64,000 nt of DNA from Bifidobacterium breve (GTDB lineage: Bacteria; Actinomycetota; Acidimicrobiia; Acidimicrobiales; Acidimicrobilacustridaceae): the NCBI GenBank assembly GCA_945862505.1, contig CAMAYJ010000004.1, forward strand, positions 581 to 64,580, given 5' to 3'. Position numbers and translations under genes: made by a program. A model generated the notes under the pieces. It worked only from the letters and a program-made list of their open reading frames with translations. It was not told where the DNA came from and ran no database searches. How positions within the stretch are numbered: position 1 is the stretch's first letter; the number at the start of each line of letters is the position of its first letter. Below, piece after piece: positions 8,142 through 17,858 of this stretch.

Positions 8142-8840
8142 TCAAGCCTTCGTTGAATAACGCGTGGGATCGCTGATCCCAGCATCAGCAAATCCACGAG
8201 CGCGCAGAAGACACGCGTCGCAGTGCCCACATGATCCGCCATCGACAGTGGGGTCATAACACGACAGCGTGACGCTGTAATCAACACCAAGTTCGAGACC
8301 CCGCTGGATGATTTGCGCTTTCGTCAAGTCAATTAATGGAGTCCGAATACGAAGGCGACCACCTTCGGTGCCTTCGCGGGTCGCGAGATTGGCCATGAGC
8401 TCAAAGGCTTCGATGAACTCCGGGCGACAATCGGGGTAGCCCGAGTAATCGACAGCATTCACTCCGATAAAGACATCGTGTGCCCCGCGTGTTTCGGCAA
8501 CCGCTGTCGCGAAGCTCAAGAAGATCGTGTTGCGCGCAGGCACGTAGGTGACGGGAACTGAATCTGCGGTTAGCTCATCAACCGACTCATGTTTCGGAAT
8601 TTCTATCGAATCATCGACCAATGCTGAGCCACCAAAGGCGGCGAGGTCGATATCGACGATTAGATGTTCGACGCTTGCGGCGTTCGCTATAACTGCGGCG
8701 CATTTAAGTTCATTGGTATGTCGCTGTCCGTAGCGAAAACTTAAGGCGATCACTTCGAAACCTTCGCTCTGAGCGATGGCCAGACAGGTTGTGGAATCGA
8801 GTCCGCCCGACAGCAGAACGATCGCCGTCGCTTTGCTCAC
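8142..8840 (-). CDS. queC: 7-cyano-7-deazaguanine synthase
   Basis: [33 protein letters not shown] and SCY...CGHCDAC. GTG start overlaps the esterase stop. Confidence 0.95.
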   Translation of the reverse strand: MSKATAIVLLSGGLDSTTCLAIAQSEGFEVIALSFRYGQRHTNELKCAAVIANAASVEHLIVDIDLAAFGGSALVDDSIEIPKHESVDELTADSVPVTYVPARNTIFLSFATAVAETRGAHDVFIGVNAVDYSGYPDCRPEFIEAFELMANLATREGTEGGRLRIRTPLIDLTKAQIIQRGLELGVDYSVTLSCYDPTVDGGSCGHCDACLLRARGFADAGISDPTRYSTKA

Positions 8841-10345
8841 AGAACGCCTTCCCAAACCCCACGTTCCGCCGACATCGGATCGGAGAGAAGTTCCCTGACT
8901 ACATCGAAACGTTGCGTCGGACGCGACTCACTGTTCCATGCCTGCCAGCCAGGATCGCCGTTGCGTGCAAACGAAAGCCACGCTTCCTGCATTGCCGCTG
9001 ACAACTCCCACAAGTCATCGCTCACTGGACCACCAAGAAACAGTTCTGCCCCTTGGTTATCGAGCACCCCAAAGACAAAGGGGATCTCGAGCGCGTGACA
9101 TGACTTCACAACACCACCGAAGGCCGGCGTTCCCCACGTAAAGAGGTACTGCCAGGTTGGCGATTTCGCCGCCCCGCGAGCTTCGACGAGACGAATCGCT
9201 GGAATCCGAAATGAGCCATCGGTGAGCACTGCATTCCAAAGTTCATCCGCCGAGACATCGGGGCGATCGGAGGCATACACATCACGCACCCGATGTCCGG
9301 ACCCAAAGATGCCCTCAAGACGCTCCATCAAAAGGGAGTCGTCGAGACCGCCGGGGCTCATAAGTGCAAAAAGATTCCATTCGTTGAGATTGGTACCCGT
9401 CAGAAACGGAACGTCGACTGCGTCGCCATTCGCCACAGCAACGAGTGGATCGTGAGGCAGGTACATGCCGTCGATAATCGGCTGAAAGGCCATCGCGAGC
9501 GCAAAACTGGTGGGTCCCCCCAAACCCGATGGATCGTCGGACAACTTTGCTTCAACCTTCGTCGCCGCTTTTGCGATGTCTTCTGCAGATGCTCGCAACA
9601 GACCATCGATGTCTGCGACACCGAGTTTCTCCATGAAATCTTCGGTCATCGCCGCGCCCATCGCAGGGGTAAAGACGTTGTGTGCTGCGCCACTTTGAGC
9701 GATTGCCTTCTGGAAGAGCCCGCTCGCGGCGGGAAGGGCGAGAAGCGTCGAGATGCTCATCGCTCCTGCTGACTCTCCGAAGATGGTGACGTTATTTGGA
9801 TCACCACCAAACGCGATGATGTTGTCTCGCACCCACGCAAGCGCAGCTACTTGATCAAGCAATCCATTCACGCCACTCGAGCGATACCGATCATCGAGAT
9901 CGCCGAGCCAAAGAAAACCAAGCGCGCCAAGTCGGTAGTTGAGGGAGACAACGACAACGTCGCCACGGGTTGCTAACGACGTTCCGTCGTACCAAGGCGT
10001 CGATGAAGATCCGTTGGTGAAAGCGCCGCCGTGAATCCACACCATCACAGGACGAGCCGCATCGTCGCAGGACGGCGTGGTCACATTGAGAAAGAGACAG
10101 TCTTCATTTGAGTCGAGGGCCGCATCACCTAAGAGCGCTGTGATGCCTCCTGATTCTTGAACGGACATTGACCCGAACTTGGTTGCGTCCCGGACTCCAT
10201 CCCATGATTCCGGAGGCGCCGGCGCCAGGAATCGGCGCTCGCCGACAGGTGGCGCAGCGTAGGGAATACCTCGAAACTGGACGATGCCGTCCTTTTCAAT
10301 GCCCTGAAGGGCGCCTTGGGCGACCGTGACTGTCGTGGAACTCAT
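8837..10345 (-). CDS. Type B carboxylesterase/lipase (PnbA-like)
   Basis: [41 protein letters not shown] and [10 protein letters not shown]. Start re-assigned to ATG 10345 (MSSTTVT) after a GGAGAG RBS. Confidence 0.93.
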   Translation of the reverse strand: MSSTTVTVAQGALQGIEKDGIVQFRGIPYAAPPVGERRFLAPAPPESWDGVRDATKFGSMSVQESGGITALLGDAALDSNEDCLFLNVTTPSCDDAARPVMVWIHGGAFTNGSSSTPWYDGTSLATRGDVVVVSLNYRLGALGFLWLGDLDDRYRSSGVNGLLDQVAALAWVRDNIIAFGGDPNNVTIFGESAGAMSISTLLALPAASGLFQKAIAQSGAAHNVFTPAMGAAMTEDFMEKLGVADIDGLLRASAEDIAKAATKVEAKLSDDPSGLGGPTSFALAMAFQPIIDGMYLPHDPLVAVANGDAVDVPFLTGTNLNEWNLFALMSPGGLDDSLLMERLEGIFGSGHRVRDVYASDRPDVSADELWNAVLTDGSFRIPAIRLVEARGAAKSPTWQYLFTWGTPAFGGVVKSCHALEIPFVFGVLDNQGAELFLGGPVSDDLWELSAAMQEAWLSFARNGDPGWQAWNSESRPTQRFDVVRELLSDPMSAERGVWEGVL

Positions 10346-10442
10346 GAGTACTCCCTCTCCAAGTGATCGCCGCAACGCTACCGGCCTTGTCCGTTCCGTG
10401 GCCCTCGTCCGGTGAGGGAAACCCCGTGGCCGACCCCTAACG

Positions 10443-11951
10443 TTGGATCTTGTGACACCGCGACTCCGAGCCCTTCGATTTCTCCTGCCTCTTAGCCTCA
10501 TTGCTGCTTTTGTGGTGGTCCTGAAGAGCGGACGCCCACCTCGTAATTCCACTGGTCCGGTGCAGAACGGTGCCCGAGGCGCCCGCAATCTTCGCCTTGC
10601 TCTTCTCGGAGCAAAAACGGGTGGCGCTTACGCTCGCCATCGCGCCCGCCGAGTCTTCACCGATGCCGGCAAGCGCCAGGAACTTGATCTTGCTTTCGAA
10701 TTGAAGACCACCCAACAGGTTGCTGAAGCGCTTGGGCAGATGAAGGGCGCGCTCATGAAGGTCGGGCAGATGGCCAGTTACATCGACCAAGGGTTGCCCG
10801 AACACGTCCGCAGCGCTCTTGCTGACCTCCAACAGAACGCGCCGCCAATGAGCGCCGAACTTGCTGCTCAAGTGATCTACGAAGAACTCGGTAAACACCC
10901 AGATGAACTCTTTGCCACGTGGGACCCAGCGCCCATTGCATCCGCGTCGATCGGTCAAGTGCATCGAGCGCTTACACATGAGGGTCAAGCAGTTGCTGTG
11001 AAGGTGCAGTATCCCGGCGTTGCCGAAGCAGTCGCTTCTGACCTCAACAACGCCGGTTTTATTTTTGCAGGTCTGGGGGTGCTCTTCCCGGGGCTTGACC
11101 ACAAAGCTCTTGTCGCTGAACTGCGTGAGCGAGTCGTCGAGGAACTCGATTACGAAACCGAAGCCGCCAACCAACGAGCATTCGCTCGCTACTACGACGG
11201 ACATCCGACAATTCATATCCCGCATGTGATTGATCTCTACTCAAGTCGTCGCGTCCTCACTACCGAACTTTCAGATGGCGTCCGCTGGGAAGAACTCATG
11301 ACGTGGAGCCAGAAAGAAAAAGATCTCGCTGCCGAAACGCTGTATCGCTTCGCGTTCGGCGGTTTGTATCGACTTGCAGCGTTTAACGGCGATCCCCATC
11401 CCGGCAATTACTTGTTTCACCCAGGTGGTCGAGTCACGTTCCTTGACTTCGGCCTGGTCAAGTACTTCACCGCAGCGGAACTCGATGAGTTCGGCGAGAT
11501 GATCCAGCACATGGTGATCGACCACGATGCCGTCGCATTCCGTTCGACCGTTGAACGTCTCGGACTCCTTCCCGCCGGACTCGACGTCACCGACGCCGAC
11601 GTCATCGACTACCTCGGCCACTTCTACGAATTCGTCGCCGTTGAAGGCGACTTCACCATCACCCCCGACTACGCATCTGAGACGGTTCGCCGATTCTTCG
11701 ACACCAGCGGCCCCTACGCCGTCATGCAAAAGGCCGCGAACCTCCCCGGAAGCTTCGTGATTATTCAGCGCATCAGCCTCGGCCTCTATGCGATTCTCGG
11801 CGAGCTCCATGCGACCGGCGACTGGCGCAAGATTGCCGAGGAACTTTGGCCGTTCGTCGATGGCCCTCCATCAACGCCCATGGCCCTCGAAATCGATGCT
11901 TGGCGACGCCTTCGCCACCCCGATGCCAAGGGTGCGATGCTGTCACGGTGA
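10443..11951 (+). CDS. ABC1/UbiB (AarF) atypical protein kinase
   Basis: MKVGQ, PIASASIGQVH, VAVKVQYPG, EELDY, NGDPHPGN and LDFG. Start position uncertain. Confidence 0.92.
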   Translation: MDLVTPRLRALRFLLPLSLIAAFVVVLKSGRPPRNSTGPVQNGARGARNLRLALLGAKTGGAYARHRARRVFTDAGKRQELDLAFELKTTQQVAEALGQMKGALMKVGQMASYIDQGLPEHVRSALADLQQNAPPMSAELAAQVIYEELGKHPDELFATWDPAPIASASIGQVHRALTHEGQAVAVKVQYPGVAEAVASDLNNAGFIFAGLGVLFPGLDHKALVAELRERVVEELDYETEAANQRAFARYYDGHPTIHIPHVIDLYSSRRVLTTELSDGVRWEELMTWSQKEKDLAAETLYRFAFGGLYRLAAFNGDPHPGNYLFHPGGRVTFLDFGLVKYFTAAELDEFGEMIQHMVIDHDAVAFRSTVERLGLLPAGLDVTDADVIDYLGHFYEFVAVEGDFTITPDYASETVRRFFDTSGPYAVMQKAANLPGSFVIIQRISLGLYAILGELHATGDWRKIAEELWPFVDGPPSTPMALEIDAWRRLRHPDAKGAMLSR

Positions 11952-13267
11952 CACCTGACGACCAGACGTCCCTGACCAGCGCCCATGATCGCTGGGTCGA
12001 CCGAGACGCTGCCGTTGTTTGGCATGGCTTCACTCAGATGTCGACCTATGCCACAAATCGGCCCGTCATCGTGGACTACGCCGAAGGACGCGAACTCGTC
12101 GACGTTGATGGAACCCGCTACCTCGATGCGATTTCCTCGTTGTGGGTGACGACGCTCGGTCACCGGGTACCGGAACTCGATGCGGCCGCTCGTGAACAAC
12201 TCGACCGAGTTGCTCACACCACGATGTTGGGAAACGGAAACCGCATCACGATCGAATTAGCAGAGGCCCTCGCTCCACGTGTGCCCGTCAGCGAACCACA
12301 TTTTCTCTTTGCCTCCGATGGCGCAGCTGCGGTTGAGCAAGCAATCAAAATCGCGTTTCAGTACTGGACGAATCAGGGCATCACCTCCCGGACTCGGTAT
12401 CTCGCTCTCGGCGGGGCCTACCACGGCGACACCATCGGGGCTATCTCGATCGGCGCCGGTGGATTCGGAACAGACATGTTCGATCCGCTGCGTTTCGATG
12501 TTCTGCGCGCTCCTGGCTATGACGATCTCGGCTGGGCCGACACCGCCGTTGCGATGATCGCCGCCCATGCACATGAACTCGCGGCCGTTGTTATCGAGCC
12601 ACTCGTGCAAGGCGCTGCGGGCATGTGGGTTACCGACCCCGAGTCCGTCGAGCGCGTTGGTGACGCATGTCGCGAACACAACGTCTTGCTCATTGCCGAT
12701 GAAGTTGCCACTGGATTCGGAAGAACTGGCACGTTGTTCGCCACCGAACAATGCCGAATCCGTCCCGACCTCATGTGTATCGGCAAAGGCCTGACGGGCG
12801 GATACTTGGCCATGGCCGCGACCGTGGCCTCTCGACGCGTCTACGAGGCTTTCCTCGGACCCGACCTCAGCGAAATGACGCTGTATCACGGGCACTCTTT
12901 TTCTGGCAATGCGCTCGCTGCTGCCGTGGCGCTCCGTCATCTTCAACTCTTCGAAGAGCTCGAAGTTCTCGCAAACGTTCGCGACCGTGCCGCTCAATTA
13001 CATGAACGACTTTCAGAGCTAGCGATCGACAACCCTGCCATCAAAGTTGTGCGCCAACGCGGCCTCATGGTGGGCGTAGAACTCAATCCACCCGCCGACG
13101 ATCTTCGTTGGGGCCGACGTGTTTGCGCTGCGTCAGTCGAACGCGGTGTCCTGCTCCGACCGCTCGGTGACGTCGTCGTGATTATGCCCATTCTCACTTC
13201 TACTGCCGATGAAATCGACCGCATTTTCGATGTCTTGGCCGCATCCATTACTGAAGTGTGCTCGTAG
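11948..13267 (+). CDS. bioA: Adenosylmethionine-8-amino-7-oxononanoate aminotransferase
   Basis: LDAISSLWV, SDGAAAVEQAIKIAFQYW, YHGDT, IEPLVQGAAG, DEVATGFGRTG, GKGLTGGY and HGHSFSGN. GTGA overlap with the ABC1 kinase. Confidence 0.93.
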   Translation: MTPDDQTSLTSAHDRWVDRDAAVVWHGFTQMSTYATNRPVIVDYAEGRELVDVDGTRYLDAISSLWVTTLGHRVPELDAAAREQLDRVAHTTMLGNGNRITIELAEALAPRVPVSEPHFLFASDGAAAVEQAIKIAFQYWTNQGITSRTRYLALGGAYHGDTIGAISIGAGGFGTDMFDPLRFDVLRAPGYDDLGWADTAVAMIAAHAHELAAVVIEPLVQGAAGMWVTDPESVERVGDACREHNVLLIADEVATGFGRTGTLFATEQCRIRPDLMCIGKGLTGGYLAMAATVASRRVYEAFLGPDLSEMTLYHGHSFSGNALAAAVALRHLQLFEELEVLANVRDRAAQLHERLSELAIDNPAIKVVRQRGLMVGVELNPPADDLRWGRRVCAASVERGVLLRPLGDVVVIMPILTSTADEIDRIFDVLAASITEVCS

Positions 13268-14412
13268 TGAGCGAGAACCAACCGAGCGATTGGCCCACAT
13301 GGCTTGTTGCCGAAAATGATTCGATCAAGAGCAGCGACCGGTGGAGATCTCCACGTTCTTTTGACGCGAACGGTCCCGTCGGAATCCTCGACGGTCAAAC
13401 CGTTGTTTCGTTTGCCTCAAATGACTATCTCGGACTCACCTCTCATCCGGCCGTAAAAGCTGCCGCTCAAGATGCGATTGACCGTTGGGGAACTGGCTCC
13501 GGAGCCTCTCGACTGGTTGTTGGTTCACGACCAATTCACCACGAACTTGAACTCAACCTCGCCCGATGGCGAGGCACTGAATCGGCAGTTCTCTTCCCCA
13601 CCGGATTCGCAGCCAACCTCGGACTACTTGCAACCCTCGGCGGACGCGGTGTCGTCATTCATTCCGACGAACTCAACCATGCGTCGATTATCGACGGCTG
13701 CCGCATGGCTCGTTCCAATGGTGCCGAGGTTCTCACCTATCCCCATCTCGATCTTGAAACACTCGCCGCAAACATGGAATCTCATTCCGATGCTCGTCAG
13801 GTGGTCGTCACCGACTCGGTGTTCTCCATGGACGGCGACGTTGCGCCAATCGCTCAACTCGCAGCACGTTGTGCTCGCTATTCGGCGTTACTTATTCTCG
13901 ACGAGGCCCACGCTGTCCTCGAGCCCATTCAGCCACCACAACTGAGTGGCACCACAATCGTCCAAGTTGGCACTCTCTCGAAAACGTTGGGAGCGCTTGG
14001 AGGCTTCGTCGCTGGGCCCACCGTGCTTGTAGATCTTCTCGTTAACCGAGCTCGGACCTACATCTTCACGACCGCTCCAAGTCCCGCCGACTCCGCTGCC
14101 GCACTCGCCGCAATTGAAATTCTTCAGTCCGACGAAGGCGCGGCGCTGCGTGATCGTCTGCGATCATCGGTCGATCGCATTCGACCCGATCACCCTTCTC
14201 CCATCATCCCCATTGTCCTCGGTGACGAAGCTGCCGCCCTTCGCGCATCACAACAACTCCTCGAACGCGGCCTTCTCGTTCCCGCGATTCGCCCCCCAAC
14301 CGTGCCAGTCGGATCAAGCCGCCTGCGCGTGGCGCTGTCGGCAGCCCATACTGATGAGCAGATCGATGCACTGCTCGACGCTCTGAATACGTTGGAAACG
14401 GATGGTGGCTGA
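13267..14412 (+). CDS. bioF: 8-amino-7-oxononanoate synthase
   Basis: FASNDYLGL, GTGSGASRL, NHASIIDG, VFSMDGD, DEAH, GTLSKTLG and AIRPPTVP. Confidence 0.93.
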   Translation: MSENQPSDWPTWLVAENDSIKSSDRWRSPRSFDANGPVGILDGQTVVSFASNDYLGLTSHPAVKAAAQDAIDRWGTGSGASRLVVGSRPIHHELELNLARWRGTESAVLFPTGFAANLGLLATLGGRGVVIHSDELNHASIIDGCRMARSNGAEVLTYPHLDLETLAANMESHSDARQVVVTDSVFSMDGDVAPIAQLAARCARYSALLILDEAHAVLEPIQPPQLSGTTIVQVGTLSKTLGALGGFVAGPTVLVDLLVNRARTYIFTTAPSPADSAAALAAIEILQSDEGAALRDRLRSSVDRIRPDHPSPIIPIVLGDEAAALRASQQLLERGLLVPAIRPPTVPVGSSRLRVALSAAHTDEQIDALLDALNTLETDGG

Positions 14413-15074
14413 TGACCTTCGACGGATTACGACCACAACGCCTTGTCGTTGTTGTTGGAACTGGGACTGAAGTTGGAAAGACGTGGGTCGCAGCGCGCCT
14501 TCTTCGTGATCTTCGGGCCAACGGCGTTCACGTGGCTGCACGCAAGCCCGTGCAATCATTCGATCCAGATGATTCACTGACAGATGCGCATCACCTTGCT
14601 GACGCATCGGGCGAATCACCGATGGACGTCTGCCCTCGACATCGCTGGTATCCGATTGCAATGGCGCCGCCAATGGCTGCCGATGCTTTAGCCCGTCCTG
14701 CGTTCTCCGTCGAAGATCTCGCAGCGGAAATCCAGTGGCCACTCCCAGCCCCCGATGTTGCGTTTGTTGAAACTGCGGGTGGCATCCGTTCACCAATGGC
14801 AAGTAACGGCGATGCAATTTCACTCATTGAACTTCTGCAGCCCGACATTGTGCTTCTCGTCGCCGATGCCGGGCTCGGCACCATCAACTCCATTCTTCTA
14901 AGCCTCGAAGCAATCAACAGTGGTGCCCACGTCGCAACCCCTGTTGTTGTCTTAAATCGATTCGATCCTGCCGATGATTTACACCGTCGCAATCGTGACT
15001 GGCTTACCAAGAATCTTGACGTTGACGTACTTTCAAGCGTCCCGGCAGTGCTGGCAAAAATCAAAGCAAACTGA
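14412..15074 (+). CDS. bioD: Dethiobiotin synthase
   Basis: GTGTEVGKT, RKPVQS, ETAGGIRSP and LGTIN. TGATG overlap with bioF. Confidence 0.92.
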   Translation: MTFDGLRPQRLVVVVGTGTEVGKTWVAARLLRDLRANGVHVAARKPVQSFDPDDSLTDAHHLADASGESPMDVCPRHRWYPIAMAPPMAADALARPAFSVEDLAAEIQWPLPAPDVAFVETAGGIRSPMASNGDAISLIELLQPDIVLLVADAGLGTINSILLSLEAINSGAHVATPVVVLNRFDPADDLHRRNRDWLTKNLDVDVLSSVPAVLAKIKAN

Positions 15075-15162
15075 GAATTTCCGCCCGATCAGGCCTGAAG
15101 TTCTGGTCGCCGGTACCGTCTCATACATAACGTCGCAAGAACTACTGGTGAGGGGCGGGGAA

Positions 15163-16026
15163 ATGACCAAAGAATCGGAGTCCTCGTCATCGGCCGATCT
15201 AACGTTGACCCTTACCGAAGCGGCGGATCAACTCGGTGTGCATTACATGACGGCATATCGCTATGTCCGCACCGGTCGTCTTCCAGCAGTGAAAGCTGGA
15301 GGTGGCTGGCTCGTCAACAAATCCGCAGTAGATGACTTCACTTCGACCCCAACGAAAACGAAATCTGAGGGGAATGTCGACTGGAGCGCTCGGCTTGGCG
15401 ACCGCCTCTTGGTAGGCGACGAAGCCGGGGCATGGAGCGTGATCGAGGCATCGATGATGTCGGGACTCGAACCTTCAGAGGTGTACCTCGACGCGCTCGC
15501 TCCTGCTCTTGCCGCTATCGGAAGTGCTTGGGCAGCAGGAGAACTTTCGATCGCCGATGAACATCGTGCGACTGCAGTCACAAACCGTCTGATCGGTCGT
15601 CTTGGACCGCGGTTTCATCGTCCTGGGCAAACTCGCGGAACAATCGTTGTTGGGGCAGTAGCCGGCGACCATCACGCCATTCCGACAGCGATCGCTTCGG
15701 ACTTACTTCGTGGGGACGGCTTCACTGTCTTCGACCTTGGTGCCAATTCGCCGGTTGAATCGTTTCTCGATACGGCAAGTAGTGCCGACCGATTGATTGC
15801 AGTTGGAGTCACTTCAAGCGCTGCCGGCACCGATGATCAGATGATCGCCACTGTCGCCGCCATCAAGGAAGAACTTCAGTGCCCGGTCGTTATCGGCGGC
15901 CACGGGATCGGTACCAAAGCACGCGAGGCCCATCCCGATGCAATCACAGCATCGGCAACCGAGATGCTTCTTGCGTTTAACGAAATTGCAGAACGAGCAA
16001 CTTCATCTCGGGCAAAAACTGCCTAA
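15163..16026 (+). CDS. CarH/LitR-like cobalamin-binding regulator with an N-terminal excisionase-type HTH
   Basis: HTH LTLTEAADQLGVHYMTAYRYVRTGRLPA; B12-binding_2 helical cap with W-x9-EH (WAAGELSIADEH); Rossmann B12 domain GAVAGDHHAIP and FDLGANSP. Start ATG 15163. Confidence 0.85.
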   Translation: MTKESESSSSADLTLTLTEAADQLGVHYMTAYRYVRTGRLPAVKAGGGWLVNKSAVDDFTSTPTKTKSEGNVDWSARLGDRLLVGDEAGAWSVIEASMMSGLEPSEVYLDALAPALAAIGSAWAAGELSIADEHRATAVTNRLIGRLGPRFHRPGQTRGTIVVGAVAGDHHAIPTAIASDLLRGDGFTVFDLGANSPVESFLDTASSADRLIAVGVTSSAAGTDDQMIATVAAIKEELQCPVVIGGHGIGTKAREAHPDAITASATEMLLAFNEIAERATSSRAKTA

Positions 16027-16030
16027 GACT

Positions 16031-16996
16031 TCAGGTCGGCACTGGAGTAACCGCCGGCCGTCCCGCGAGCACGGCAATGACATTCTCGCAACACAGTCGA
16101 ACCATGTCGCCGCGTGCCAACGTCGATGCTGAACCCAGGTGCGGTGCCAGCACAACATTGTCGAGACCTAACAAACCTTCAGTGATTTTCGGTTCGAATT
16201 CATACACATCGAGACCGGCAGCAGCGAGACGCCCATCACGAAGCGCCGCAACTAGCTCAACTTCATCGATCAATGCTCCGCGAGCCGTGTTTACCAGCAC
16301 CGCAGTGGACTTCATCAACTGAAACGTTTGCTGATTGAAAAGGTGTCGACTGTGCTCATTCAGCGGCGCATGTAGCGAAAGGAAGTCCGAGCGACGTAGC
16401 AACTCTTCAAATGACACAAATTCAGCGCCAAGCGACGCCTCGATGTCGGGAGCAACACGATTGCGATTGAAGTAGACGATCTCCATTCCGAAACCCTTCC
16501 CGCGTCTCGCTACTGCTTGACCGATTGCCCCCATTCCCACAATGCCCAACGTTCGACCCTGAAGCGGTTCGCCGAGTAGTTGCATCGGACCCCAACCTGT
16601 CCACTCCCCCGCGCGCACCATTCGCTCGCCCGCTCCAAGGTTTCGCGCCGCGGCAAGAAGTAATGCCCACGCAAGATCGGCAGTGGCTTCGGTGAGCACC
16701 CCAGGGGTGTTCGTGACCTCGATGCCGCGTTTTCGGGCAGCGCCGACGTCGATGTTGTCGTACCCAACCGCATAGTTCGCGACCACTTTCAGCATTGGCG
16801 CTGAATCAAGCAGTTCTCGATCGATGCGATCGCTCAACATGCAGACAAGTGCATCGGCTTCGCGTACCCCTGCGAGTAACTCCTCTCGACTGAGAGGACG
16901 ATCTTCAGGATTTGATCGAACCTCAAATCCAGAATCACTCAGGAGACCGATGCCTGGCGCGGGTAGTGGGCGCGTAACGAAGACGTGAGAAGCCAT
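16031..16996 (-). CDS. D-glycerate dehydrogenase / glyoxylate reductase (D-2-hydroxyacid dehydrogenase)
   Basis: AVGYDNID, NTPGVLTEATAD, GMGAIG, NTARG, GLDVYEFEP and PHLGSA. Confidence 0.92.
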   Translation of the reverse strand: MASHVFVTRPLPAPGIGLLSDSGFEVRSNPEDRPLSREELLAGVREADALVCMLSDRIDRELLDSAPMLKVVANYAVGYDNIDVGAARKRGIEVTNTPGVLTEATADLAWALLLAAARNLGAGERMVRAGEWTGWGPMQLLGEPLQGRTLGIVGMGAIGQAVARRGKGFGMEIVYFNRNRVAPDIEASLGAEFVSFEELLRRSDFLSLHAPLNEHSRHLFNQQTFQLMKSTAVLVNTARGALIDEVELVAALRDGRLAAAGLDVYEFEPKITEGLLGLDNVVLAPHLGSASTLARGDMVRLCCENVIAVLAGRPAVTPVPT

Positions 16997-17018
16997 ACGA
17001 CACCGTGCCACAACTGAC

Positions 17019-17858
17019 TCAGTGGATGGTGCTTCCAGTTTCTGCCGGAATGAACGTCACCGGGGCTTCGAACGCTGCTCGGCGGGCCACCCTTCTCAGC
17101 GCGCCAAGTACCGGCCGACCGGCGATGACAAGAAAGAGCGCCGTAAACACTGCTCGAGGAATATCAAACCCGAAGGAGGTGGTGATGTGGAAGCCCCAAA
17201 AGCGGCGAAGGTTCTCGGCCACCGAATCACCAGCGACATAGGAAACGGTCGTGTCGCCTGAACTCACAAATGGCCAGAACCAAAGGTTCATCACTAACCC
17301 GTAGGCGAGAGCCGCTACTGCTCCATAGGTAGCAAGAAGGGTGATTTCGATTCGCCCACGCGCTGGCGGAAGACAGCCGGCGAAGAATCCGATCCATGCC
17401 GCACCAAACATCTGAAACGGAAGCCACGGCCCAACGCCACCTGTAATGAGTGCGCTAACGAAGAGTGTCAGTGCACCAAGAACAAAGCCAAAGCCCCGAC
17501 CGAACACTCGACCTGCCGGGATAAGGAGGAAGAACACCGGCTCAAACCCCGCCACTCCGCCACTTGGGAGTCGCAATACTGCCCCACTCGCGGCGAGCAC
17601 ACCGAGCAGCGCTACCGATTTTGCGTCGAGAGAGCCATCGGCCAACTCGGCAAGGATCACCCCGATCAATAGCGGAATAAGGATCACAAAAATCCACGGA
17701 GCATCAGCACTGTGCGATGCATCAAGCGCAGAATTCGCGGAGGCAAAAAGGGGCCAGGCAAAGGCGACAATACCCAGCGCAAACGCGGCAATGAGCAACG
17801 CCAACGATGTCGGCCCTAAACGAATCACGTCGATCCGATGTATTCCGGATCGTTTCAT
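17019..17858 (-). CDS. ECF transporter S component (CbrT-like, cobalamin)
   Basis: Multi-TM protein with GFEPVFFL, GFGFVLG and GGVGPWLPFQM. Last transport gene of the riboswitch-led operon. Confidence 0.87.
   Translation of the reverse strand: MKRSGIHRIDVIRLGPTSLALLIAAFALGIVAFAWPLFASANSALDASHSADAPWIFVILIPLLIGVILAELADGSLDAKSVALLGVLAASGAVLRLPSGGVAGFEPVFFLLIPAGRVFGRGFGFVLGALTLFVSALITGGVGPWLPFQMFGAAWIGFFAGCLPPARGRIEITLLATYGAVAALAYGLVMNLWFWPFVSSGDTTVSYVAGDSVAENLRRFWGFHITTSFGFDIPRAVFTALFLVIAGRPVLGALRRVARRAAFEAPVTFIPAETGSTIH

Noticed and set aside
8142-8900. queC as an anti-phage QatC/Dpd component, or a preQ1 riboswitch upstream
   Set aside because: The protein has canonical QueC length and motifs, with no qatABD or dpd neighbours. 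The upstream DNA is esterase coding sequence with no preQ1 motif.
15163-15360. Excisionase-like HTH suggesting a prophage or ICE
   Set aside because: It is fused to a B12-binding domain. No integrase, att-like repeat or tRNA lies nearby.
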